A stretch of DNA of 64,000 bases, taken from NCBI RefSeq assembly GCF_000737315.1, contig NZ_JMCB01000003.1, forward strand, positions 1 through 64,000, read 5' to 3'. The notes under the pieces were generated by a model, which saw nothing but the letters and a program-made list of their open reading frames with translations, did no database searches and was not told the DNA's origin. Numbering within the stretch: position 1 is the first letter of the stretch; the number at the start of each line of letters is the position of its first letter. Position numbers and translations under genes: made by a program. Of the stretch, positions 31,884 through 41,364 are shown in pieces. This stretch comes from Hyalangium minutum (lineage in GTDB: Bacteria; Myxococcota; Myxococcia; Myxococcales; Myxococcaceae).

Positions 31884-33857
31884 ATGAGCCTCCTCATCGC
31901 CCAGGATGTCTGCCTCTCCTACGGGAAGAAGGTCCTCTTCGACGACGCCAGCTTCACGATCGGCCCCCGGGATCGGGTAGGCCTGGTGGGAGCGAACGGG
32001 ACGGGCAAGAGCTCGTTGATGAAGATCATCGCGGGCGCGCAGCACGCGGACTCGGGAACGCTGACGTTCGCCCGAGGGACGCGCATCGGCTACCTGCCGC
32101 AGGAACTGGCGGGGCTTCCCTCCGGGACGGTGGTGGAGGCGGTGCTGAGCACCGTGCCGGGCCGCGACTCGCTGGAGGCCCGGCTGAAGAGCACCGAGAA
32201 GGCGCTCGCTGAGGCCCCGGACGAGGAGACCCAGCTGGAGCTGTCCCAGGAACTGGCGGACCTGCACGCGGAGCTGGATCACTTCGAGGACCACTACGGC
32301 CGGCACCACGCCGAGCGGATCCTCAAGGGCCTGGGCTTCCGGGACGCGGACTTGGCCAAGCCCACGGGGGCGCTGTCGGGCGGGTGGCGGATGCGCGCGG
32401 CGCTGGCGGGGTTGCTGCTCCAGGATCCGGACCTGCTGCTGCTGGACGAGCCCACCAACCACCTGGATGTGCCCACGCTGACGTGGTTCGACGGCTTCCT
32501 GAAGCGGTCGAACAAGGCGCTGATCCTCATTTCGCACGATCGGGACTTCCTGAATCGGCAGGTGGGGAGGGTGCTGGCGCTGGAGATCGAGGGCCTGCGC
32601 ACGTACGTGGGCAACTACGACGCCTACAAGCGCCAGCGGGCCGAGGAGATGGAGCTGCTGCGGGCTCGGGCGGCGAAGGTGGAGGCTCGGCGGGCGGAGC
32701 TGCAGGCGTTCATCGATCGGTTCGGCGCGAAGGCGAGCAAGGCCACGCAGGCGCAGAGCCGCGCGAAGATGCTGGCGAAGCTGGAGGAGGTGCACCTGCT
32801 GGAGGAGCGCGACACGGTGCACTTCCGGTTCCCGGAGGTGGAGCGCTCGGGGCGGGACGTGGCGATGCTGGAGGGGATCCAGAAGAGCTACGGCAGCCAC
32901 GTGGTGTACTCGGGGCTGGACGCGCGGGTGGAGCGGGGGCAGCGGATCGCGGTGATTGGCGCGAACGGCGCCGGTAAGACGACGCTGCTGAAGATCATGG
33001 CGGGGGAGCTGGTGCCGGACGGGGGCCAGGTGAAGCTGGGACACAACGTGGTGATGGGGTACTACGCGCAGCACCACGCGGACACGCTGGACAAGCGGAA
33101 CACCATCATTGAAGAGGTGCGGCCGCTGGCGGCGGACAAGCCGGAGAGCTTCGTGCGCGGGGTCCTGGGAGCGTTCCTGTTCTCGGGCGATGACGTGGAC
33201 AAGCCGATTGGCGTGCTGTCCGGAGGCGAGCGGGCGCGCGTGGCGCTGGCGAAGCTGTTGCTGCGGCCGTCGAACTTCCTGCTGATGGACGAGCCGACGA
33301 ACCACCTGGACCTGGACTCGACGGAGATGCTGATCGATGCGCTGTCGAAGTACGGGGGGACGCTGGTGTTCGTGTCGCACAACCGGGCGTTCGTGAACCG
33401 GCTGGCGAGCCAGGTGTGGGACGTGGTGGAGGGGAAGGTGGTGCCGCACACGGGGAACCTGGACGAGTACCTGTACCACCAGGAGCAGGTGCGGCTGGCG
33501 GCGGAGGCTGCGGCGGAGGCCGGGGAGAAGGGGAAGGGGACGGAGAAGGCGGCTCCGGTGGCGCTGACGGAGAAGGACCGCAAGCGGATGGAGGCGGAGG
33601 CGCGCCAGCGCCGGAGCGTGGTGGAGGGGCCGATCAAGAAGGAGATCGCCCGGATCGAGGAGCGGATCTCGAAGCTGGAGGCGGAGCAGAAGGAGCGCGA
33701 GGCGCAGCTGGCGGATCCGGCGCTCTACAACGACTTCGCGCGGGCCAAGCCGCTGATGGACACCCACCGGGCGGGCAAGGAGGCGCTGGAGACGCTCTAT
33801 ATGGAGTGGGAGGTGGCGCAGGAGAAGCTGGCCGCGGCCTCCGCGTCCCTGGGATGA
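31884..33857 (+). CDS. ABC-F family ATPase
   Basis: Two ABC domains (GANGTGKS/LSGGW/DEPTNHLD; GANGAGKT/LSGGE/DEPTNHLD), no TM segments, C-terminal coiled coil. Confidence 0.96.
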   Translation: MSLLIAQDVCLSYGKKVLFDDASFTIGPRDRVGLVGANGTGKSSLMKIIAGAQHADSGTLTFARGTRIGYLPQELAGLPSGTVVEAVLSTVPGRDSLEARLKSTEKALAEAPDEETQLELSQELADLHAELDHFEDHYGRHHAERILKGLGFRDADLAKPTGALSGGWRMRAALAGLLLQDPDLLLLDEPTNHLDVPTLTWFDGFLKRSNKALILISHDRDFLNRQVGRVLALEIEGLRTYVGNYDAYKRQRAEEMELLRARAAKVEARRAELQAFIDRFGAKASKATQAQSRAKMLAKLEEVHLLEERDTVHFRFPEVERSGRDVAMLEGIQKSYGSHVVYSGLDARVERGQRIAVIGANGAGKTTLLKIMAGELVPDGGQVKLGHNVVMGYYAQHHADTLDKRNTIIEEVRPLAADKPESFVRGVLGAFLFSGDDVDKPIGVLSGGERARVALAKLLLRPSNFLLMDEPTNHLDLDSTEMLIDALSKYGGTLVFVSHNRAFVNRLASQVWDVVEGKVVPHTGNLDEYLYHQEQVRLAAEAAAEAGEKGKGTEKAAPVALTEKDRKRMEAEARQRRSVVEGPIKKEIARIEERISKLEAEQKEREAQLADPALYNDFARAKPLMDTHRAGKEALETLYMEWEVAQEKLAAASASLG

Positions 33858-33878
33858 AGTGCTGACAGGCCCGCGCCC

Positions 33879-34361
33879 ATGAGCCTTCCTCCCGCAGCCG
33901 TCCCCGTCTCTGTCTCCAAGCGGATGGCCGTCGAGTTCATTGGGACGGCGCTGCTGCTGGCGACGATCGTGGGGTCCCGCCTCGTGGGGGAGCGGCTCTC
34001 GGGCGGCATGGTGGGCATCACGTACCTGGTGAACACCCTGGCGACCGCCTCGGTGATCGGCATGCCCGTCTTCTCCTGGCCCAACCCACCGAGAGCCACG
34101 CTCACGGAGATCACCGGTGAACTCCTGGAACGGCATGCCGTCGTTCCGCTCCCAGAGGCGCTGGACGATGCCGATCTGTTCATCACGCTGGGCTCTGCGC
34201 GCGACTGGCAGGCGCTGGTTGACGTCGTCCATGTCCATTGGGAGCTCCCGGCGTTGGCGGGGCTTGAGTCGGCGCGGTCTCATCAGGTGGTGGAGGAAGT
34301 CCGGGTGCGCGTGAAGCAGTTGCTGAGGGAGCTGGGGGTGGAGCGGCTGCGCGGCGTATAG
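33879..34361 (+). pseudogene. Chimeric ORF: AqpS/MIP N-terminus fused to a Cys-less ArsC/LMW-PTP C-terminus (probable ars relic)
   Basis: VEFIGTALLLATIVGS...VNTLATA resembles AqpS TM1-2; ADLFITLG...HWEL...VRVRVKQLL resembles the ArsC C-terminus; no NPA motif and no Cys. Confidence 0.55.
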
Positions 34362-34432
34362 AGGCGTACACGCAGTCCGCGAACGGGGGTGGCCCCATTG
34401 AGCGAGCCGCCAATCGGTGCGATAGCAAGCGG

Positions 34433-35113
34433 ATGCTCTCGCACTTCGAGATGTTGGGACGGATCGCGGCGGGTGCGCTCCTGGGAGGCGCCATCGGGTA
34501 TGAGCGGGACCGGCATCGGCGGCCGGTAGGGCTGCGCACGCACCTGCTCGTGTCGATGACCTCGGCGACCTTCATGGTCGTCTCCTCCCAGTTCGCTTAT
34601 TTCCAGGGCTTCGAGCCTGGAGGCGGGGTGGAGGTTGACGCGTCCCGCATCGCGGCCTCGGTGGTGTCGGGCATCGGCTTCCTGGCGGGAGGTGCCATCC
34701 TGCGCACGGGGGCGACGGTGCAGGGGCTGACCACGGCTGCGGGATTGTGGCTGGTGACGGCGATCGGGCTGTCGGCGGGCTCGGGGATGTACTGGGAGGC
34801 CAGCTTCGTGACGGTGCTGGGGCTGATCGCGCTCACGTTCCTTCGCCGCTTCGAGGACAAGGACGATGCCCTGGTGCGGCGTCGGCTTGCCCTGGTGGTC
34901 TCGCCAGGGACGGGGATCCATCAAGTCACGGCGCTACTTCAGGGCCTCGATGTGCGCGTGTTGGACATCGAGTACGAGCGCCATTTCTCGGGGGAGCGGC
35001 ACACCACGGTGACTCTGGACGCGCAGATTCCGGCCTCGGTCACACCGGACAAGCTGGTCGAGGGGCTGGAGCAGGCCGAGGGCATCATCTCCATTCATGT
35101 CCGCGGTGCGTGA
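34433..35113 (+). CDS. MgtC/SapB family protein
   Basis: GGAIGYER...GLRTH, RIAASVVSGIGFLAGGAI, GLTTAAGLW. Confidence 0.93.
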   Translation: MLSHFEMLGRIAAGALLGGAIGYERDRHRRPVGLRTHLLVSMTSATFMVVSSQFAYFQGFEPGGGVEVDASRIAASVVSGIGFLAGGAILRTGATVQGLTTAAGLWLVTAIGLSAGSGMYWEASFVTVLGLIALTFLRRFEDKDDALVRRRLALVVSPGTGIHQVTALLQGLDVRVLDIEYERHFSGERHTTVTLDAQIPASVTPDKLVEGLEQAEGIISIHVRGA

Positions 35114-35149
35114 CGGACAGGCTCACAAGTCCCCGGATAGCAGCCTCAC

Positions 35150-35908
35150 TCAGCCCGGAGTCACGCGCCCGCCAATCTCCGGGAAGCGCTCATACGCGCG
35201 CAAGAGCGCCTCCAGGTGCGCGGGGTTGTCGAGGTCGAGCGGCGTCTCCGTAAGCCGAACGACCCACCCGCCCGTTGCAGTGCGCCGCGCCCGAGAGAGC
35301 AAATCCGCATCGCGGGCAGGGTCGGGGAACCCGATGGCTTGTGCAGCGGCTGCCGACCAGTAGTTCAGCCACCCGAGGTGATGAGGAATCGCTGGCAAGC
35401 GAATGTGCTGGGGGAGGTTGAGCGCTGGGAGCCTCCGGGGCGGGACATGCGGCTGATCCATCGAGTGGCGAATTTGTTTCGCCATCTCCGGCGCCACGCC
35501 GTCCGGCAACATGCGCCCCCAGAACGCGCGTGCGCCTTCCGCCACGCCTTCCAGCACATCCGCCGCCGCTGCGATGCTGGCCGCATCCAGCGGCAGCTCT
35601 GCGTGGACTTCAAATTGGGACTGGCCGCCCGCGCTGAGGCGCGCAGGTCTTCCCCACCCCGTCACCGTCACGGGGTAGCTCTCGTCGCCGTTGCACAGCA
35701 GAGGGAGCTTCCCGCGCGCGCTCGCCTCAGCGAGCCACCCATCGCGTTGCGGCAACGCGATGGGTCGCCCCGCCTTTGACAGCTCCCATTCCAAGCGCAC
35801 ACCGGGGAGCGCCCGTTCGATTCCGTGGACGACTGCGAGCGTGCGACCGTCGTCGCCCACAAGCGCAGGCGCGTAGACGATGAGGATCAGGGTTCTCTGC
35901 TGGGTCAT
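35150..35908 (-). CDS. Myxobacterial DUF5953-like protein (putative immunity)
   Basis: LGWLNYWSAAAAQAIGFPDPARD...GGWVVRLTETPLDLDNPAHLEALLRAYERFPEIGGR; overlaps the upstream lipoprotein stop. Confidence 0.75.
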   Translation of the reverse strand: MTQQRTLILIVYAPALVGDDGRTLAVVHGIERALPGVRLEWELSKAGRPIALPQRDGWLAEASARGKLPLLCNGDESYPVTVTGWGRPARLSAGGQSQFEVHAELPLDAASIAAAADVLEGVAEGARAFWGRMLPDGVAPEMAKQIRHSMDQPHVPPRRLPALNLPQHIRLPAIPHHLGWLNYWSAAAAQAIGFPDPARDADLLSRARRTATGGWVVRLTETPLDLDNPAHLEALLRAYERFPEIGGRVTPG

Positions 35909-36618
35909 CGCTTGCACCCCGTGACGACAATGTTGAGGGTGAAATCCCGCTCGAGCAACGCGTTCTTGTGCTCTTGGGTGCTCACCCCAACGACAAAGCC
36001 ATAGCCACATGCCTCCGCTTTGTCTCGCTCTTCCTGCAACAACGGCACTTGCTCCAGAATCGTCTGCCGCCGGATGAAGGCGTTGTACGTGTCAAATCGA
36101 TGGGTCTTGATCTCCCACAGCACACGCACGCCGACTTGCAGCGCATCAAAGCGCTTGCCGTCAACGAGTACGTCATTGCCGGGGTAGCGGTTCGGCGGGA
36201 ACTGATCGGCGCACTGGTTATGCGGGTCATCTTCGCCCGCGTGCGGCACTGGGATGGGCTCGCACTCTGGGCGGCGGCGCTCCGCCGTCACCGGGGCAGG
36301 CGGGTCCCTCCTGTTCGCACTGGACCTCTTTGGTGTGGCGTTCGCCTCCGGTTCCTGCGAGGCCCGAGGCGCGTCTCCGGCCCAAAGTCCCGGCTCCCGG
36401 GTGGGCGGCAACACGCGTTTGTGCGGGCTCGGTGGCAGGGGCTGGGGGCGAACCTGCCCTGGCTGCCCGGGGGTGGGCAGGCCCGTGCCGGGCACGGCGG
36501 GTGGGCGCACAGGCGCCCAAGCGTAGGTCTCAGGCGCCTCTTGAGAGGTGGCGCACCCAGCGACGACGACGGCAACGGCAATGGCTTGGCGGAGTGGGCT
36601 GCAAGTTCGGAAGCTCAT
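35905..36618 (-). CDS. Lipoprotein with C-terminal PD-(D/E)xK-like domain (DUF6310-like, putative toxin)
   Basis: Lipobox VVAGC; KRFDALQ...LWEIKT; start ATG 36618. Confidence 0.72.
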   Translation of the reverse strand: MSFRTCSPLRQAIAVAVVVAGCATSQEAPETYAWAPVRPPAVPGTGLPTPGQPGQVRPQPLPPSPHKRVLPPTREPGLWAGDAPRASQEPEANATPKRSSANRRDPPAPVTAERRRPECEPIPVPHAGEDDPHNQCADQFPPNRYPGNDVLVDGKRFDALQVGVRVLWEIKTHRFDTYNAFIRRQTILEQVPLLQEERDKAEACGYGFVVGVSTQEHKNALLERDFTLNIVVTGCKR

Positions 36619-36659
36619 TCCACGTTCTTTTATCGAAGAGGGGCGGTGCGGGAACGAGG

Positions 36660-38129
36660 TCAGGGTTCTCCGGACGTGGGTGAACGTGGCGCATCGAACG
36701 TCGCGCGGATGCACTTGCCGTCGTACTCGTAAGCACCCGCACCGCAGGGCGGGTCCTTCTTCGAGATGAACCAGCAGGCCCCCAGGGCCTCGAGTTCATA
36801 GTCAGTATCGCAGGGCGGCTTCTTCTGCCCCGGCTGCGGAGCTTTGGGCATCGGAAGCCCCACCACGGAAGTCGCAGAAAGCACTGGAGGCGCTTGCACC
36901 ACCGACAAGAGGGCCTCCTCCCCCACGCCCGCGTCCGGTGCATCCATCGGCGGCACGTGATGCTCCTCCGTAATGGGAAGAGGCACAGGCTCCGGTGAGT
37001 TTCCGCCATGCCGGAACTCCGTCACTGCGAACACCAAGAGCCCGCCTGCCACGCTCGCAGTGGCCCATGAGAGCCAGAGCGGAAAGGTGTTGCGGAGGGC
37101 AGGGCGTTCGCGCTCCGTCGAGGGCCGTGCACTGCCCCTCTTTCTGGAGTGATTCGAAGGCGTGAGCTTGCGAGGAACCTCGTGCTCCGTGGGGACGGCT
37201 GCCGAAGTCTGGACAATGAGGGCATCCACCCGCCGGTCTGTTTGGTTTGCGGCCCGTTCCAGCGCCCGGACGATCTGCGCAGTGGTGCCGCGGTCCCGCG
37301 GATCCTCCGCCAGCAGGCGGAGAATGGTGCCCTCCAACTCCGGCGCGACTGCCGCGAACTCGCTGGGGCGCAGCAGCTTGCGTGGCTCCTCGGCGCGAGT
37401 CTCGGAGACAGGAGGAGGATAGCTTCCGGTCACCAGCCGGTACGCCGTCACCCCCAAGGCATACAGGTCATCTGAAGGGCGCGCTTCCCACCGGGCCTCG
37501 AGATCCTTGCGGTACTTCCACATGAAGCGCAGCAGTTCAGGCGCGCGGTAGGGCGTGGTGCCCGGCGGCACGAGGGTGTCGGTGAGGGCCCGAGCCTCCG
37601 GGAACCACGCTGCGCCGAAGTCAAGCAGCACCGCCCGCCCCTCTGGGGTGACGCGGATGTTGTCGCCTTTGACATCCCGGTGGATCACCCCTCGGGCATG
37701 CAGGGCCTCCAGGGCGCGGGCCACCGGCGCCAGCACCCGCAGCACCTCCCGGTTGGAGCGCGGCTTCTGGCGGAACCACTCGTAGAGGGTGGTGCCATCC
37801 ACCCACTCCATCACGATAAACGGGTAGCTATGGCCATCCGGTGAGGTCCAGCTCCCGAGCTCGTAGAAGCGCGGAACACTGGGGTGCTGAATCAGCTGGA
37901 GGATGTGCGCCTCTCGCTCGAAGCGCGGGTCGTCTGCCTGTTTGGCCACCTTCAGGGCCACGGGAGGAGCCGAGGGATCATCGGCTCGCCGGGCCCGGAA
38001 CACCACGCCATAGCTCCCGGAGTCGACGCGCTGCAGGAGGAGCCACGGGCCCAGGGTCGAACCCGCCGCCAGCACCTGGGACTTCACGAGGCCCACCACG
38101 TCATCACTCAAGAGAACTCCTCCAGCCAA
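36660..38129 (-). CDS. Ser/Thr protein kinase with TM helix and Cys-rich C-terminus
   Basis: GSYGVV, VALK, HRDVKGDN, DFG, GTTPYRAPE; start uncertain. Confidence 0.9.
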   Translation of the reverse strand: MAGGVLLSDDVVGLVKSQVLAAGSTLGPWLLLQRVDSGSYGVVFRARRADDPSAPPVALKVAKQADDPRFEREAHILQLIQHPSVPRFYELGSWTSPDGHSYPFIVMEWVDGTTLYEWFRQKPRSNREVLRVLAPVARALEALHARGVIHRDVKGDNIRVTPEGRAVLLDFGAAWFPEARALTDTLVPPGTTPYRAPELLRFMWKYRKDLEARWEARPSDDLYALGVTAYRLVTGSYPPPVSETRAEEPRKLLRPSEFAAVAPELEGTILRLLAEDPRDRGTTAQIVRALERAANQTDRRVDALIVQTSAAVPTEHEVPRKLTPSNHSRKRGSARPSTERERPALRNTFPLWLSWATASVAGGLLVFAVTEFRHGGNSPEPVPLPITEEHHVPPMDAPDAGVGEEALLSVVQAPPVLSATSVVGLPMPKAPQPGQKKPPCDTDYELEALGACWFISKKDPPCGAGAYEYDGKCIRATFDAPRSPTSGEP

Positions 38130-38266
38130 GGCAGAGCGCCGGAAGGAAACCTACCGCATGGGTCTTATGACATAAACCCACTCTGTTGGGTTGAGGCAGG
38201 AGGAGGACTCCGTCGGTCCTTCACTCCGGTGAAGGCGCCTCGCAGGGCTGGTAGGCTGGGGCCGAC

Positions 38267-38623
38267 ATGTCCACGGACTCCGCCACCCAGCCTGCCGAGC
38301 TCACCCCCCGCCAGACGTTCGCCGGCGTCGTTCAACACTCCGCCAGCTTCGTGGCCATCATCGGCATCAGCGTGCTCTTCCTCCCGTGGTTCTCGGGAGT
38401 CTGGGCCCTCGGCGCGAGGATCGGCTTCTGGGGGTCGGTGGCCCTCACCGTGCTCGAATGCATCCACGTCGGCGTGTCAGCCCTCGCGACCGTTACGCTC
38501 AACGCCGCCGGCAAGCCGCGGCCGGGCGAGAGATGGATGGTGGCCTCCAACGCCGTGCAGATCGCAGGAGCGGCCGCAGGCATCGCCCTGGTCCTCTTCC
38601 TGCGCTCCAAGCTCTGGAGCTGA
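38267..38623 (+). CDS. Small hypothetical membrane protein
   Basis: About 3 hydrophobic segments; GC3-biased codons. Confidence 0.65.
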   Translation: MSTDSATQPAELTPRQTFAGVVQHSASFVAIIGISVLFLPWFSGVWALGARIGFWGSVALTVLECIHVGVSALATVTLNAAGKPRPGERWMVASNAVQIAGAAAGIALVLFLRSKLWS

Positions 38624-38631
38624 GAGCGCCC

Positions 38632-38928
38632 TCAACCCGTTTTGCGATGAGAGGCGCTCCGCAGGGGAGGGGACTCCGCCGCCGCCCGGGGCTCTGGCGG
38701 CTCCCGGCGCACCGGGGGCTGAGGCTCCGGCGCCGCCACCACCGACAGCGCCGGTTCCTGCGGCGGGTGGAGGAAGAAGCGCACCACGCGATCGAGGTAC
38801 TCCTCGACGGAGAGCCCTAGCTTCTTGGCGAGCTCGACGGTGTTGCCATCCACGAGCACTTTGCGCGACGGCGTCCCGGGTTTCGGGGCGGCCTGCGGAG
38901 CTTGAGGCTTCTGGGATTGCATGGGCAT
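38632..38928 (-). CDS. Small hypothetical protein
   Basis: Helical core NTVELAKKLGLSVEEYLDRVVRFF flanked by Pro-rich tails. Confidence 0.6.
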   Translation of the reverse strand: MPMQSQKPQAPQAAPKPGTPSRKVLVDGNTVELAKKLGLSVEEYLDRVVRFFLHPPQEPALSVVAAPEPQPPVRREPPEPRAAAESPPLRSASHRKTG

Positions 38929-39020
38929 TCCTCTGTCAGGTGATTGACATAGGAATGCAGCAAGCCATGAAGATGGGCTGTACTACTTTCGGGGTACGAC
39001 TCTGCGGCCGCCTGCTCCTT

Positions 39021-40064
39021 TCAGCTTCGATGCACGGGCAGCGTAGGAGGTATCGCCCCCGAGAGCGCTCGCATCGCCGAGGCCAGGGCTTCCACCGTGA
39101 CCGTGGACTCCGCGGCGCCCAGGCGCAGCGCCGCCTGGGGCATGTGAGGGGCGACGCAGCTCTCCGGGGGCTGCACGAACGTGAGCCCGCCCGCCCGGCG
39201 GATGGCCAGCAGCCCCGCCGCTCCATCCGAGCCCGTGCCCGTCAGCACCGCCCCCGCCGCCCGGTTGCCATGCGCCCGCGCCAGCGAGGTCAGCAGTGCG
39301 TCTCCCATCGCCAACTGCCGCCCGTGGATCAGCTCCACCTGCAGCTCCCCCGTCGGGAGCACCTGCAGCTGGTGCCCGTCCGGTGGCAGGTAGACGTGGC
39401 CCGCCTCGGGCTTCGTGCCCGTGCGCGCCACTTGCAGCTCCAGCGCCGAAGCCGCGCTCAGCCACTGGCGCAGCCCCGAGGTGAAGCCCACCGACACGTG
39501 CTGGGCGATGAAGAGCGGGTAGGGGAGGCTCGGCGGCAGCAGGGACAGCAACATCGCCAGCGCCGGAGGCCCTCCCGTGGAGGCCACCAGCCCAAAGCCG
39601 TGCACCCGCCCGCTGCGCAGCACCGGCGGCGGTGTGGGGTGGCTCAGCCGCGGCTTGCGGCTCCCCAAGGGAACCTCCGCCATGGTCCGGATCGTGTGGA
39701 TCAACTGCTGGCCGAAGCTCGTCAGGCCCTCCCGGCCCGGCGTGGGCTTGGGCATCACCTCCAGGGCTCCGGCCTGCAGCGCCTTGAAGGACAGCTCCGC
39801 GTCCACCGCCCCGGAGATGACGAGGATGCGGCTGGGCGACTCGGCCATGATGCGCTCGGTGGCGTTGATGCCATCCATCCGCGGCATCCGGACATCCAGC
39901 GTGACGACGTCTGGGCGGAGCGCCTGCGCCATCGCCACGGCTTCCTTCCCATCGTTCGCGGTGCCCACCACTCGGATGTCCGGGGCCGCCGCCAGCAGTC
40001 CGGTGAACATCCGCAGGATCGTGGGCGAGTCGTCCGCGATGAGAACCTGGACTGGCCTATTCAT
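39021..40064 (-). CDS. cheB: CheB-type REC-methylesterase (copy 1)
   Basis: ADDS...LDVRMP; ASTGG, AQHV, LTGTGSDG. Confidence 0.92.
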   Translation of the reverse strand: MNRPVQVLIADDSPTILRMFTGLLAAAPDIRVVGTANDGKEAVAMAQALRPDVVTLDVRMPRMDGINATERIMAESPSRILVISGAVDAELSFKALQAGALEVMPKPTPGREGLTSFGQQLIHTIRTMAEVPLGSRKPRLSHPTPPPVLRSGRVHGFGLVASTGGPPALAMLLSLLPPSLPYPLFIAQHVSVGFTSGLRQWLSAASALELQVARTGTKPEAGHVYLPPDGHQLQVLPTGELQVELIHGRQLAMGDALLTSLARAHGNRAAGAVLTGTGSDGAAGLLAIRRAGGLTFVQPPESCVAPHMPQAALRLGAAESTVTVEALASAMRALSGAIPPTLPVHRS

Positions 40065-40234
40065 GAGCACCTCGGAGGGCCGTCGAGAGCGCTGCGGAGG
40101 GTGAATGAATAGCCTGGATCCACATGGGCGTCCCCCCTACCCAAGTAGAACGATGATCAGGGTCTGGCCGTCGTGACTTCCGTGGCGAAGTGTGAACCGA
40201 CCACCACTTGAGCGAGGGCACCTGCCGCCGTGTT

Positions 40235-41287
40235 TCAGTTCCGAACCGCCGGAGTCACGGGCGCCGCGCCCGTGAACGAGCGCATGGCCGCGGCCAGGGC
40301 TTCGAGCGACAGCATCTGATCCGTGGCGCCGCTGCGCAGCGCGGCCTCGGGCATTCCCGGGACGACACAGCTCTCGGGGCTCTGCGCGAAGGTCCTCCCG
40401 CCCGCCTTGCGGATGGCCAGCAGCCCTGCCGCCCCATCCGAGCCCATGCCCGTGAGCACTGCCCCCGCCGCCCGGTCCCCATAGGCCAACGCCAGCGAGG
40501 ACAACAGCGTGTCTCCGAGTGAGGCCTTGCCAACGGGGATCGGCTCGACCTGCAGATCCCCCGCGAGTGTGACTTCGAATTGGTGCCCGTCCGGCGGCAG
40601 GTACACGTAGCCGGGCTGAGGCCGCACGCCCGTCTGCGCCACCTCGAGCTGCAGCGAGGACGCCGCGCCCAGCCACTGGCACAGGCCCGCGGTGAAGCCC
40701 ACCGACACGTGCTGGGCAATGAAGATCGGATACGGCAGCTGCGGAGGCAGCAGCGACAGCAGGTGGCAGAGCGCCGGAGGTCCTCCCGTGGAGGCCACCA
40801 GCCCAAACCCTGTCACCCGCCCGCCCTGGGGCGCGGGGGCCACCGGGCTCGGAGCCTGCGCGGGGGCCAGCGCCACCTGCCGCTGGCTCACCGGCAGCTC
40901 GGCCATGGTCCGGATGATGTGGATCAGCTTCACCCCGAAGTTGGCCAGCCCTTCCAGGTTGGGGCGCGGCTTGGGCATGACCTCCAGCGCCCCGGCCTGC
41001 AGCGCCTTGAAGGACATCTCCGCATCCACCGCCCCCGAGATGACGAGGATGCGGCTGGGGGCCTCGGTCATGATGCGCGAGCTGGCCTCGATGCCATCCA
41101 TCCGCGGCATCCGCACGTCCAGGGTGATGACGTCCGGCTGCAGCGTGCGTGCCAGCTCCAGGGCCTCGGCCCCATCCTTCGCCGTGCCCACCACTTGGAT
41201 GTCGGCCGCTGACGACAGCAGCGCCGCGTACATCTTCAACATGGTGGGCGAGTCGTCAGCGATGAGGACCCGGATGGTGGAGCTCAT
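40235..41287 (-). CDS. cheB: CheB-type REC-methylesterase (copy 2)
   Basis: ADDS...LDVRMP; ASTGG, AQHV, LTGMGSDG (intact triad). Confidence 0.93.
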   Translation of the reverse strand: MSSTIRVLIADDSPTMLKMYAALLSSAADIQVVGTAKDGAEALELARTLQPDVITLDVRMPRMDGIEASSRIMTEAPSRILVISGAVDAEMSFKALQAGALEVMPKPRPNLEGLANFGVKLIHIIRTMAELPVSQRQVALAPAQAPSPVAPAPQGGRVTGFGLVASTGGPPALCHLLSLLPPQLPYPIFIAQHVSVGFTAGLCQWLGAASSLQLEVAQTGVRPQPGYVYLPPDGHQFEVTLAGDLQVEPIPVGKASLGDTLLSSLALAYGDRAAGAVLTGMGSDGAAGLLAIRKAGGRTFAQSPESCVVPGMPEAALRSGATDQMLSLEALAAAMRSFTGAAPVTPAVRN

Positions 41288-41364
41288 GTGTGCACCTCGG
41301 AGGCAGGGGCGAGACTGCCCCAGAAACCGGATTCACGCCATGCACAGGTGAGCCCCGAAGCCCG

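Noticed and set aside
31866-34283. 805-aa minus-strand ORF
   Set aside because: Shadow of the ABC-F gene, which has clear motifs
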